A stretch of DNA of 64,000 nucleotides, taken from a virus. The notes beneath the pieces were generated by a model. The model had not been told where the DNA came from. It ran no database searches and was given only the letters and a program-made list of their open reading frames with translations. Shown one piece after another: positions 1-8,952 of this stretch. Every line of letters begins with the position of its first letter. Positions within the stretch are counted from its first letter, which is position 1. The translations under genes and the position numbers were made by a program. The stretch lies in the UHGV virus genome UHGV-1351068, one strand, 5' to 3'.

Positions 1-25
1 ATTTTTTTGGAGGGATAAAGAAAAA

Positions 26-41
26 GGGACCCGAAGGTCCC
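26..41. terminator. GC-rich tetraloop hairpin (gggacc-cgaa-ggtccc) flanked by A/T runs, downstream of gene 32 on the minus strand
   Basis: Perfect 6-bp inverted repeat with CGAA loop. T run on minus strand after the stem. Same hairpin type recurs about 12 times in the window. Confidence 0.5.
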
Positions 42-47
42 TTTATA

Positions 48-965
48 TTAGAGGTCGTTCAGAATATCATTCAGATCGTCATCGCCAACACTGTCACCAG
101 CATCGCCCATGATATCGTCTGCGGAACGAGAAGAGGTCGGTTTGGATTCAAAATCAGACAGGTCTTTGTCAAAGGAATCCAGGTCATCACCAATTTTATC
201 GGCTTGAGCTGCTGCTTTTGCCGCGGCACCACCAAGAGCTGCTGTACCCATAATCTGTTTAAATTTGGCTTCGTTAACTTCAAACGATTTAAACTGAGAT
301 GGAGCAACAATTTCGCTGAGGTCAGCCATATTTTCGGTCAGGAATTTCTGAGTTTCTTCATCATTGATGTTTGCAATCTCGGACTGACCAAGGAATTTAC
401 ATTCATCATAGTTCTGGAAACCACCGACTTTCTTAACTTTCATGACGAAGTTTGCACCTTCATACACACAAGTTACATCAACCGGAGTTTCACCCATATC
501 AACATCGACTTCAACCATCGCGTTGATTTTGTCCATAATTTTCTGACCGAAACGGAATTTGAATACTTTACCTTCGTTTTCTGGGTTAGCCGGGTCTTTA
601 ATAACCAGGATGTTAGACCAGAAAGAAGTTTTACGTTTCAGCAGTTTATATTCAGCTGGGTTGCTGTTATAAGAATCGTTTTTACTCAGATGAGCACAAA
701 CCGGGCAAGAATCAAAATCGCCGTGGGTAGAAGTACAATTTTCGATGTACCATTTACCGCCGTGTTTGAAACCGTGATTGATCAGTTTTACAAACGGCAG
801 AGAGTTTTCATCTTTACCAGGCAGGAAGCGAATTACTGCTTGACCATTACCAGCATTATCGGTCTTCAGTTTCCATTCGTTTTTATCTTCATTAGAGAAA
901 GAAGAACCACCTTTCAGACCAGCCAGTTGTTGTTGAAGTTGAGCAGGATTTTTACGCTTGAACAT
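48..965 (-). CDS. 32: gp32 single-stranded DNA-binding protein
   Basis: 305 aa. N-terminus [10 protein letters not shown]...[23 protein letters not shown] aligns over full length with T4 gp32 (301 aa). ATG start. Acidic C-terminal tail. Confidence 0.95.
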   Translation of the reverse strand: MFKRKNPAQLQQQLAGLKGGSSFSNEDKNEWKLKTDNAGNGQAVIRFLPGKDENSLPFVKLINHGFKHGGKWYIENCTSTHGDFDSCPVCAHLSKNDSYNSNPAEYKLLKRKTSFWSNILVIKDPANPENEGKVFKFRFGQKIMDKINAMVEVDVDMGETPVDVTCVYEGANFVMKVKKVGGFQNYDECKFLGQSEIANINDEETQKFLTENMADLSEIVAPSQFKSFEVNEAKFKQIMGTAALGGAAAKAAAQADKIGDDLDSFDKDLSDFESKPTSSRSADDIMGDAGDSVGDDDLNDILNDL

Positions 966-1040
966 ATGATTACCTTTTTAATTTAACAGTTGTTGTTGCA
1001 ACATGGGTCCTTGCAACTGGACGATAGATTAATTATATAC
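966..1040 (-). promoter_or_regulatory. gene 32 mRNA 5' leader with hairpin/pseudoknot-capable element (GUCC...GUUGCAA-GGACCCAUG-UUGCAAC) plus A/U-rich tract; candidate gp32 autoregulatory translational operator
   Basis: 7-bp inverted repeat gttgcaa/ttgcaac. Loop GGAC is complementary to an upstream GUCC. Followed by a UUAAAUUAAAAAGG tract before the AUG, as in the T4 gene 32 operator architecture. Confidence 0.4.
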
Positions 1041-1695
1041 TAATTTCTTTACAAGATTTGATTATGCTAATAAAGAGTTTCTTAGCTTCAGCACCGTCAA
1101 CGTTTAAAAGTTTTTTATAAGCTTTTAATTTAGTGGAGTAATTACTCCAAACTAAGTTATCCGTTGCAGTATCATGTGTATTTATTATATCTAAAAACGA
1201 GTCAAGCATGATGAATGTCTCGAAAGATATAACGTTTGACTGAAGAAGTTTGAACACATAAGATGTTCCGACTTTCTCATTATATTCAAAAATATCATGA
1301 AGCTTATCTACATTAACTTTCTTAGCAAAGTAGTAAATATTCTTTACATCTTCAGAGAATGTAGTTTTGATTTGCTTCAACTTACCGATGTATTCACGAT
1401 AGAATATCAACGCATCAGCGTCACTGATATCACCAATCCAAGCATCTTGATTAGCTACAAGATTGCTCATGAATATCAGAGTCAATTCCTTTAGCGTATA
1501 CTTCTCGGCAAGTTTCTCAAAGAAGTATTTGTCTCTGCGCTTTTGATAAGCTTTATCAGAGACACGCATGACCCAATTATACTTAACAACATCATAACGA
1601 CCGGCAAAGTGTTGTTTGAGCATTAAATATAAAAGATAAACGCTCTTACCGTTAACGTATCTATTATTGTTTTGGGGCATGCGTAGACGAATCAT
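1033..1695 (-). CDS. 59: gp59 helicase (gp41) loading protein
   Basis: 220 aa. MIRLRMP...GKSVYLLYLMLKQH...KYNWVMRVSD...KRRDKYFF matches T4 gp59 (217 aa). ATG start. Confidence 0.9.
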   Translation of the reverse strand: MIRLRMPQNNNRYVNGKSVYLLYLMLKQHFAGRYDVVKYNWVMRVSDKAYQKRRDKYFFEKLAEKYTLKELTLIFMSNLVANQDAWIGDISDADALIFYREYIGKLKQIKTTFSEDVKNIYYFAKKVNVDKLHDIFEYNEKVGTSYVFKLLQSNVISFETFIMLDSFLDIINTHDTATDNLVWSNYSTKLKAYKKLLNVDGAEAKKLFISIIKSCKEISI

Positions 1696-1991
1696 AATAA
1701 AAAATCCAGACTATTCGTTTTATGTGTTTGACTAAATGATGGTCGAAGCATATTTTCTTCTAATGCTTCTGACATAATTTTTTCTATGATTGCAGGTGGA
1801 ATATATCTACTGAAGTTTCCCTCAGGAATAGAATTTTCTTCTAGCCATTGTGTCGTTGCCTCGAGATACCCCATTCCAAGTTCTGTTACCATAGATTCGA
1901 TAGCAAATCCATTAGCTTGCTTATCTAGCAGCTGGTTAATGGATTCGGAGGGGGATGTGTCCCCCTCATCTTTAAGCGAAAATAGAGTCAT
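1692..1991 (-). CDS. 33: gp33 late-transcription co-activator
   Basis: 99 aa in the conserved 59-33-dsbA-rnh order. MTLFSL... start and C-terminal ...LRPSF...LDFLL resemble T4 gp33. ATGA-type overlap with gene 59. Confidence 0.8.
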   Translation of the reverse strand: MTLFSLKDEGDTSPSESINQLLDKQANGFAIESMVTELGMGYLEATTQWLEENSIPEGNFSRYIPPAIIEKIMSEALEENMLRPSFSQTHKTNSLDFLL

Positions 1992-2244
1992 AAGCTTCTA
2001 CCACTTCATCTTTTTCAGTTTCAAAACGATCGCGTGTACCTTTATGGAACAGGGCAAGCAGCTGATTAAATAATTTGCCTTCTACGCCAAGTTCTTTCTT
2101 GGCGCGGTCTTTAATGTCTTTGTTAAGCTCAAGATAGCTTTCTGCTTTTAGCTTATTACCTGAGGCTTCCTTAATCATATCTCGCAGAGCCTGTCCGTGT
2201 ACTGCTTCATCAAATACTACTTGCTCTTTTTCTTTCTTAGCCAT
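1972..2244 (-). CDS. dsbA: DsbA double-stranded DNA-binding late transcription protein
   Basis: Track ORF begins with GTG. Trimmed to ATG giving MAKKEKEQVVFDEAVHG..., matching the T4 DsbA N-terminus MAKKEMVEFDEAIHG (89 aa). Confidence 0.85.
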   Translation of the reverse strand: MAKKEKEQVVFDEAVHGQALRDMIKEASGNKLKAESYLELNKDIKDRAKKELGVEGKLFNQLLALFHKGTRDRFETEKDEVVEAYDSIFA

Positions 2245-2254
2245 TATATTCACC

Positions 2255-3181
2255 TTAAAAGTTGTTTATTTCTTTCATTAATTTAGACAGACCGGATTTA
2301 ACAAAGTAGCTATAAATTTTACCACGACCCGGTAGTTGATAATTATTATAACAATCTAAAATGTTAGCAACAATGTCTTCACGGATATAATCAAAATCGA
2401 TTAACACTCGGTTTTCTAAGAAACGCTTATACTGTTCTTCGGTAAGCAAATCTTTGATGTTTTCGCCAGCATCAAGACACTCTTCAACAAACGTCATTTT
2501 CGTTGAAGGAGTACGCTCGCCATCAACATGGGTGTACCAAAAATCTGAACGAACTTTAATAGAAGCTACGTTATCTTTCTTATCACCCTTAATAATTTTA
2601 ACCATGCAATCTAAAGCAGGAGAGCCGGTTTTAGATTTCACTAATTTCTTCTGCATTGGTGACCATTGCTTAACATTAGGATACTTATGCAATTGAGTAA
2701 AGTCACCATCCGAAGAAACAATCATGACTGGATGGCCTTCGAGACTGAACTTTTTGGTCAGTACAGCAATACTATCATCAGCTTCTGCTTTATCAATATC
2801 AATGACGTAATAAGGCATATACTGCTTAAATTCATCAATTACAGTACGAAGACCTTCAAAGTAACCTTCCCAATCCCAATTTGATTCTTCGCGGGCTTTA
2901 GCACGGTTCTTTTTATAGTAGTACGCTACATCTCGGCGCCAATATCCATTAACTGCGTTATCAACACAAATGACAATTTTAGTGTACCCATCTTTCTTCC
3001 ACTTAAAAGCATTAAATTTTAAAGTAGAAAGAATAAGATGACGAACCATAGGAGTGGTTAGTTTATCTCCTTCTTTATACGTATGAAGAATTGTCGCCAT
3101 TGCGATTTGCGACAAGTCAATCAGAATGACACCTTCTTTTACTTGGTCTTCTTCGGCGAATAAGCAATTTAAATCAGACAT
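2255..3181 (-). CDS. rnh: RNase H (5'-3' exonuclease / flap endonuclease)
   Basis: Track start is TTG; trimmed to ATG (MSDLNCLF...). Strong identity to T4 RNase H: ...YYYKKNRAKAREESNWDWEGYFE...IVSSDGDFTQLHKYPNVKQWSPM...GDKKDNVASIKVRSDFW. Confidence 0.9.
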   Translation of the reverse strand: MSDLNCLFAEEDQVKEGVILIDLSQIAMATILHTYKEGDKLTTPMVRHLILSTLKFNAFKWKKDGYTKIVICVDNAVNGYWRRDVAYYYKKNRAKAREESNWDWEGYFEGLRTVIDEFKQYMPYYVIDIDKAEADDSIAVLTKKFSLEGHPVMIVSSDGDFTQLHKYPNVKQWSPMQKKLVKSKTGSPALDCMVKIIKGDKKDNVASIKVRSDFWYTHVDGERTPSTKMTFVEECLDAGENIKDLLTEEQYKRFLENRVLIDFDYIREDIVANILDCYNNYQLPGRGKIYSYFVKSGLSKLMKEINNF

Positions 3182-3213
3182 TTGAACCTCGTTCAATTAG
3201 TTAGTACAGCCAT

Positions 3214-3221
3214 TATAAATA
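3214..3221 (+). promoter_or_regulatory. T4-type late promoter TATAAATA upstream of gene 34
   Basis: Exact TATAAATA about 36 nt upstream of the gene 34 ATG (3257). SD TAGGAG lies between. Confidence 0.6.
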
Positions 3222-3256
3222 CTTCTATAATGAAGCATAACCCCATAGGAGACTCT

Positions 3257-6200
3257 ATGAGCGATTTACTGAAACAACATTTCCGTGCAACTAACGGTTT
3301 GGATGCCGGCGGAAATAAAGTTATAAATGTGGCACTCGCTGACCGCAACGTTAAAACCGACGGCGTCTCTGTCGAGTACGTTATTCAAGAAAATACTATC
3401 CAAAAATATGACCCGACGCGTGGGTATCTCACCGATTTTGCTGTGACTTATGGACGACGCATTTGGATTGCAAACAAAGATATTCCAAAACCAGCCGGAG
3501 AATTTAATCAGGCCAATTGGACTTCTTTACGTGTTGACCCGAACTGGATTTATACCGTCCGTAAAGGAGAGTTTGAAATTCAATCTGGTCAGTTCATCAA
3601 CGTTGACTCGAACGCTGCCGGTAATGCTACACTACTTCTTCCGTTAGCACCAGACGAAGGCGATACCATTGTAGTTCGTGATATTGGAGGTCGTCCTGGC
3701 TATAACGGAATCTTAATTAAAGCACAAGATACTGGTGCGTCTATCGTATTTGGTGAATCGCGTCTGCGTGAGGTAAGACTTACTCGTCCGTATTCACAAA
3801 TTATGCTTACGTTTAGTAATGGTGCATGGCGTGCTAGTTTAACCGATTTTGGCGATACTGCTAAAATGGTAGTTCCGAACGGGATTGTTCCAACCCAGGT
3901 ACAGTCAGGTGATAACGTAGTTCGTCGTTATACTTCCAACTCAGAGATTTTTATTACTCTGCCGTTGTTCGCTAATTCAAACGATATCATTAATTTTACT
4001 GACCTTGATGGTACATCGCCGATTAACCATATGACTGTGCGTACGTTTGACCCAACTATCTCAATTGGGACTCCTGGACAAACGGAAATTCAAGTACGTA
4101 CTTCAGGTAGTGGATTTTTGGTGTATGACGCTATTGACAAAATATGGCGCATCTTTGAAAATGATTTACGTACACGTGTAAGAATAATTACTTCTGACGT
4201 TACTTTAATGCCTAATGAGCATATTTCTGTATTTGGCGCAGATAATAGTACAGTTAAAACAATTAACATTACTTTACCTACTGACGTAGCTGTTGGGGAT
4301 ACTGTCAAAATCGCAATGAATTATATGCGTAAAGGACAGACAGTAGTAATTAAAGCTTCTGATGGTGATACCATCGCTAGTAATTTGAATTTACTGCAGT
4401 TTCCAAAACGCTCAGAGTATCCACCTGATGCAGCATGGGTTCAATCAAGCTCGATTACCTTTAATGGAACTACGTCATATGTTCCTGTTCTTGAGCTTGC
4501 ATATATTGAAGATAAAGCATCCGGAAAAAGCTATTGGATTGTAACTGAATCTGACCCTACTGTAGAACGTGTTGATGCTAAAGACAATACTACCAGAACA
4601 CGATTAGGTGTTATTGCTCTTGCTACGCAAGCTCAAGCCAACGCGGAGTCAAATCCAGAAAAAGAATTAGCAATTACTCCAGAAACTTTAAATGGACGTC
4701 GTTCTACTGAAACTCAGACTGGTATAGCAAGAATTGCAACTTCCGGCGAAGTTAATCAGGCAACAACTGCTTCTTACTTGGATAACGTAATCGTTACTCC
4801 TAAAAAGCTTAACGAAAGATCTGCTACTGAAACTCGTAGAGGTTTAGCTGAAATTGCGTCTAATGCTAAAATGGATGCAGGAACAGACGATTTTACAATT
4901 GTTACTCCTAAGAAGTTGCTTTATCGTACTACGTCGGATTCACGGTTAGGTGTTATTCAGTTAGTAAAAACTGGTGGTGCTCCTAACACAACTGCTGATC
5001 GTTCTTCTGCTGGCACCGGTATATTCGATCATTCTGATTACAAAAATGCAGTTACTCCAAAAACTCTTCGTGAGTATAAAGCTACTGTAAATCAGTCAGG
5101 AATAGTTTGGTTAGCAAGTGATAGCGAAGTTAGAAACGGAACTCCTGCTTCTTCAAATATTCCTACGGTTGTTACACCAGAATCTTTGCATAAAAAAGTT
5201 GCTACTGATGGAGCAATTGGTTTAATCCAAATAGCTACACAGACAGAAGTTAATGCTGGTGGCGTGACTAATAAAGCAGTTACACCTAAAACATTAAATG
5301 ACCGTACAGCAACTAACGATCGTACTGGTATTGCTCGCTTCGCGACACCTGGTGCCCAGGGTGAATTTGAAGCTGGTACTTCAAGTACAGTAATGGTAAA
5401 CCCTAAATTACTGTTCGATAAATTTGCTAATACTAGTCGTATCCAAGTTAATACTAGTTCTGGCTTAACTATTACTGGGAACCTCTGGGACCATTATACC
5501 ATCAACATACAGGAAGCAAGTACTTCTCAAAGAGGTACAACTACTCTTGCAACTGCTGCTGAGGTCAGAACCGGCACCGACGCCAAGAAAATAGTTACTG
5601 CTGCCACGTTGCACGCGAAAACAGCAACCGAAGGAGCTATCGGTCTTGCTCAGTATGCTACACAGGCGCAAGTTGATGCAGGCACATTAAGTGATAGAAT
5701 TGTTCCTCCTGCTTACTTGAAACAAACTATTCAGGTAACAGAGTCATGGCAAGCTACAGACAGCGTTAGAGGGACCGTCAGGCTATCTACAGGCGATGGA
5801 ACGTGGAAAGGTAATGATACCAATGGCTCAACTCTTCCGGATAACGGGTATGCCTCTAAGGGCGTCGCAGTGTCTCCGTATGAATTGAACCTCACGTTGA
5901 AACATTACTTGCCTCGTCTTGGTAAAGCGTATGACACCGGAATGCTAGGTGGTCAAACCCCAGACAAATATGCTCGTCGCGATATAGCGCAGACAATTTC
6001 TGGAGCTTGGACATTTAGCCAGGATACTGTGTTTAATAACAACATTTCTGTCCAGAATATTTTATACGCTAATGGTGGCGAAGTAAAAATTTCTCCAACT
6101 GCTGACACTGGAAATGCGCATGTTCGTTTTCAAAATAGAGATGGAACTGAACGCGGTATAATTTATGCAGAAACCCAAACAGCTTCAGCTGGAAATTTAA

Positions 6201-7102
6201 AAGTTCGTGTCAAAAACGGAACAGGAACTACTGCTGCAAGCCAGACCTACACATTTGGTGGAAACGGCACGCTGGATGTTCCTAATGAAGTATCAACTAA
6301 AACTCTGAGGTCTTCTGGAAATACAATAGTTGGCGGAACTGTTATGGTAAAAGATACGGTTCTATTAACTATTGAAACCCAAAATGCTATTATTGGTGCT
6401 AGGTCTCACTCTGCGTTTATTGATACTCGTGACGCTGATACGCAAATTTTTGCTCGAGATAATACTAACTCGTATCCGATTTTAACTACCAAAAACTACG
6501 CAAGATTAGCTGATGGTCGTTATGTCAAGAAAGCTGGTGATACCATGACCGGCAATCTTAACATAAATAGTTCGGCTATCGTCATTACAGGTTCTGAATC
6601 GTGGTATGTGCCGACTAATGATACTGTATTGCGACAAGGTTCTTGGACTGCTGAAATTAAAGACGCTACTAAATTGAAAGGTCTTCGTGGTTATATGGTT
6701 CCAATCAGAACACCGATTGACCCTGCTAACCCAAGCACTTTAGTAGTGACCGGATATGAAGAAAAAACTGCTGCTGGCGGTGTTTTAACTCAGGTTGGTG
6801 TAACTACAAACAACACTTATCAGCTTTGGACACCTTATCCTCCAACAACCGAAACTGCTGATAAGCGTTTCGCGCATACTGTGTGGATGAGGATTTATAA
6901 TCCAAACCTTAATAAGTTTGATGATTGGATGCGAGTATTTACATCTGCTACTCCTCCAACTGCAGCTGATATCGGAGCTCCAAGTTCAGTATCAACTCAG
7001 GTTAAAACCCTTGAAGTTTTGGAATGGATTAAGCTTGGTCCAGTTAAAATCTGGCCAGACCGTCCAAATCAAACTCTCAAATTTGAATGGGTAGGTGATT
7101 AA
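3257..7102 (+). CDS. 34: gp34 long tail fibre proximal subunit
   Basis: Start trimmed to MSDLLKQHFRATNGLDAGGNKVINVALADR..., which aligns with the T4 gp34 N-terminus MAEIKREFRAEDGLDAGGDKIINVALADR. 1281 aa versus 1289 in T4. Repeated ...TPKKL/TPETL... fibre motifs. C-terminal KFEWV(G/E)(D/E) end. Confidence 0.93.
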   Translation: MSDLLKQHFRATNGLDAGGNKVINVALADRNVKTDGVSVEYVIQENTIQKYDPTRGYLTDFAVTYGRRIWIANKDIPKPAGEFNQANWTSLRVDPNWIYTVRKGEFEIQSGQFINVDSNAAGNATLLLPLAPDEGDTIVVRDIGGRPGYNGILIKAQDTGASIVFGESRLREVRLTRPYSQIMLTFSNGAWRASLTDFGDTAKMVVPNGIVPTQVQSGDNVVRRYTSNSEIFITLPLFANSNDIINFTDLDGTSPINHMTVRTFDPTISIGTPGQTEIQVRTSGSGFLVYDAIDKIWRIFENDLRTRVRIITSDVTLMPNEHISVFGADNSTVKTINITLPTDVAVGDTVKIAMNYMRKGQTVVIKASDGDTIASNLNLLQFPKRSEYPPDAAWVQSSSITFNGTTSYVPVLELAYIEDKASGKSYWIVTESDPTVERVDAKDNTTRTRLGVIALATQAQANAESNPEKELAITPETLNGRRSTETQTGIARIATSGEVNQATTASYLDNVIVTPKKLNERSATETRRGLAEIASNAKMDAGTDDFTIVTPKKLLYRTTSDSRLGVIQLVKTGGAPNTTADRSSAGTGIFDHSDYKNAVTPKTLREYKATVNQSGIVWLASDSEVRNGTPASSNIPTVVTPESLHKKVATDGAIGLIQIATQTEVNAGGVTNKAVTPKTLNDRTATNDRTGIARFATPGAQGEFEAGTSSTVMVNPKLLFDKFANTSRIQVNTSSGLTITGNLWDHYTINIQEASTSQRGTTTLATAAEVRTGTDAKKIVTAATLHAKTATEGAIGLAQYATQAQVDAGTLSDRIVPPAYLKQTIQVTESWQATDSVRGTVRLSTGDGTWKGNDTNGSTLPDNGYASKGVAVSPYELNLTLKHYLPRLGKAYDTGMLGGQTPDKYARRDIAQTISGAWTFSQDTVFNNNISVQNILYANGGEVKISPTADTGNAHVRFQNRDGTERGIIYAETQTASAGNLKVRVKNGTGTTAASQTYTFGGNGTLDVPNEVSTKTLRSSGNTIVGGTVMVKDTVLLTIETQNAIIGARSHSAFIDTRDADTQIFARDNTNSYPILTTKNYARLADGRYVKKAGDTMTGNLNINSSAIVITGSESWYVPTNDTVLRQGSWTAEIKDATKLKGLRGYMVPIRTPIDPANPSTLVVTGYEEKTAAGGVLTQVGVTTNNTYQLWTPYPPTTETADKRFAHTVWMRIYNPNLNKFDDWMRVFTSATPPTAADIGAPSSVSTQVKTLEVLEWIKLGPVKIWPDRPNQTLKFEWVGD

Positions 7103-8235
7103 TGGCTGAACCAATTTTAATGGCAGCCTTCGGCGAGGATTTCGTGGAAACACGAATCCTCTCTGAGGCAAATTCTGTGAAGTATTGGCTAAAAGCTTAT
7201 GCTACGCATTCTAATGCTGTTCCTAATAAGCCAGAATTGAATATTAATGGTGCCTTTGATATGACCTCCTCCTTACGGAGGGGGATTAATGTCGTTCAGG
7301 TTAACGGCAATAGTTTTATTAACTTTAAAACATTTGACGTTACCACTGATGATAACAATGCTAATAACAAAGCGTTTGTAGAATATGCAAATGGATTAAC
7401 TTCAGGATTGTATATTATAATGACGCATGAACGATTTCAGTCTAGTCCGTTGATAGATAGATGGTTTAAAAACAAGTGGTCTGCTTCTTGGCCAGGTTCT
7501 GATTTTTCCAAATCATTTCCAAACTCTGCCTATGTAGGAGTGCTCGGAGCAGCAAAAGGACGCATATTAATTGAGTCATTTTACGGAAATGATGGTGTAG
7601 TCAAAGAAGATTCCAGAGCTAAAGTCGATACGGTGTATGATAACGTTGGCGATGTAGGATATACAGGCTGCCCTTATCGTTCCATTGAAGACACTAATGA
7701 GTACTCGGATTCTACTGGATATGAATATAAGCGATATCCAGTTCAAAATGAATCTATAAGCAAAATCGCTGATTATGGATTATCTCCCGGGGATTCGGTG
7801 TTTTTAGTGTGTGATATGTATGCATCTAAAAGCCTTCTTGATGCAGGTTCTACTACTAGGGCTAACTTGCGATGGTTCAAAGGTACATCTTTATTATCTT
7901 CAAGCGTATCATTAGAAATTCCAAAAAATGGAGCTGATAGATGGTTAAGATTTGAAAGATTTACCGCTGTTCCTACAGACGCTGATGGATTTACTATTGT
8001 GGTATCAAGATATCCAAAAACATCTGTTGGTGACTCTAAAATCAAAAATCTTGTATTTGTTCAAACCTCACATAGCGAAAAACTGAATAGTGTTGTTCAG
8101 GAGTTTGGCGTGAATGGTATAAGAATGAATAAAGGTGTTGAAGGAGGAACCACTATGATTATGGAACTTCCTAACTCGAAAGTTGACCCGAGTGCTGTTA
8201 TTCCAGTTCAATCATTCAGAGAAACATCAGATTAA
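7102..8235 (+). CDS. 35: gp35 long tail fibre hinge protein
   Basis: 377 aa (T4 gp35 372 aa). TAATG overlap with gene 34. Position between 34 and 36. Confidence 0.78.
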   Translation: MAEPILMAAFGEDFVETRILSEANSVKYWLKAYATHSNAVPNKPELNINGAFDMTSSLRRGINVVQVNGNSFINFKTFDVTTDDNNANNKAFVEYANGLTSGLYIIMTHERFQSSPLIDRWFKNKWSASWPGSDFSKSFPNSAYVGVLGAAKGRILIESFYGNDGVVKEDSRAKVDTVYDNVGDVGYTGCPYRSIEDTNEYSDSTGYEYKRYPVQNESISKIADYGLSPGDSVFLVCDMYASKSLLDAGSTTRANLRWFKGTSLLSSSVSLEIPKNGADRWLRFERFTAVPTDADGFTIVVSRYPKTSVGDSKIKNLVFVQTSHSEKLNSVVQEFGVNGIRMNKGVEGGTTMIMELPNSKVDPSAVIPVQSFRETSD

Positions 8236-8259
8236 GGAAGCCTTCGGGCTTCCTTTTTT
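8236..8259 (+). terminator. Rho-independent terminator (ggaagcc-ttcg-ggcttcc + T6) after gene 35
   Basis: Perfect 7-bp stem with UUCG loop followed by TTTTTT. Confidence 0.6.
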
Positions 8260-8261
8260 CG

Positions 8262-8269
8262 TATAAATA
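8262..8269 (+). promoter_or_regulatory. T4-type late promoter TATAAATA upstream of gene 36
   Basis: Exact TATAAATA about 24 nt upstream of the gene 36 ATG. Confidence 0.6.
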
Positions 8270-8292
8270 GAAAATATATAAGAGGATAAACT

Positions 8293-8943
8293 ATGGCCGA
8301 TTTAAAAGCAGGTTCAACAGTTGGCGGAAATCCTATTTGGCACGCGGGTACTTTTCCTCTTGTGCCGGCAGGAAACTCCCTAACTTATAGAGGTAAGAAG
8401 GTTTATACTGAAATAGATAAACCTCAAGCGGCAGATAACGATTTCGTATCTAAAGCTAATGGTGGCACATACACAGGCGAAGTAAAAATAGCATATGGAG
8501 CTGCTGGTAAACTGAGCATGGGGCCATTAGCAAACGTCGGTATTAGAGCTGGTGGTAGTAATGGTGAAGTTCTTATCATCGGAGGGAATTCGACAATTCA
8601 ACTGCGCGGCGGCGGAACGGAAGATTCCAGCGGCATAGTTGAAATTACTAAAAATGGTAACTTAACTGCGCAAACTGGTAGAATTACTGCTAACGTATTT
8701 ACTTCTAGGCAACAACCGTCTGGTGTAGACGATTTAACTCGCAAAGATTATGTTGATGGGCTAATAAATACTGTTAGCAGCGTAGCTAACGCCGCAGTTA
8801 AGAAAGCTGGCGACACCATGACTGGTGTACTTAGAGCCAACGCTGGCGTAGTTATAGTAAATAAAGCAACATCCGGTGAATATGCTCCTAGATTAGATCA
8901 GGTTATTTCACGCGGGGTAACAATAGATTTTGGCACATACTAA
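8293..8943 (+). CDS. 36: gp36 long tail fibre distal-proximal connector
   Basis: 216 aa. MADLKAGSTVGGNPIWHAGTFPLVPAGN...KPQAADNDFVSKANGGTY matches T4 gp36 (MADLKVGSTTGGSVIWHQGNFPL...KPQAADNDFVSKANGGTY). Confidence 0.9.
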   Translation: MADLKAGSTVGGNPIWHAGTFPLVPAGNSLTYRGKKVYTEIDKPQAADNDFVSKANGGTYTGEVKIAYGAAGKLSMGPLANVGIRAGGSNGEVLIIGGNSTIQLRGGGTEDSSGIVEITKNGNLTAQTGRITANVFTSRQQPSGVDDLTRKDYVDGLINTVSSVANAAVKKAGDTMTGVLRANAGVVIVNKATSGEYAPRLDQVISRGVTIDFGTY

Positions 8944-8952
8944 GAGGTAGCC

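Noticed and set aside
204-986. Long plus-strand ORFs in the track antisense to well-conserved minus-strand genes (for example 204-986 opposite gene 32, 26092-26724 opposite rIIA, 29077-29748 opposite gene 39, 19462-19845 opposite gene 52)
   Set aside because: They lie entirely within strongly conserved coding regions on the other strand, have no SD or promoter context, and have low-complexity or odd composition. They are antisense-frame artefacts.
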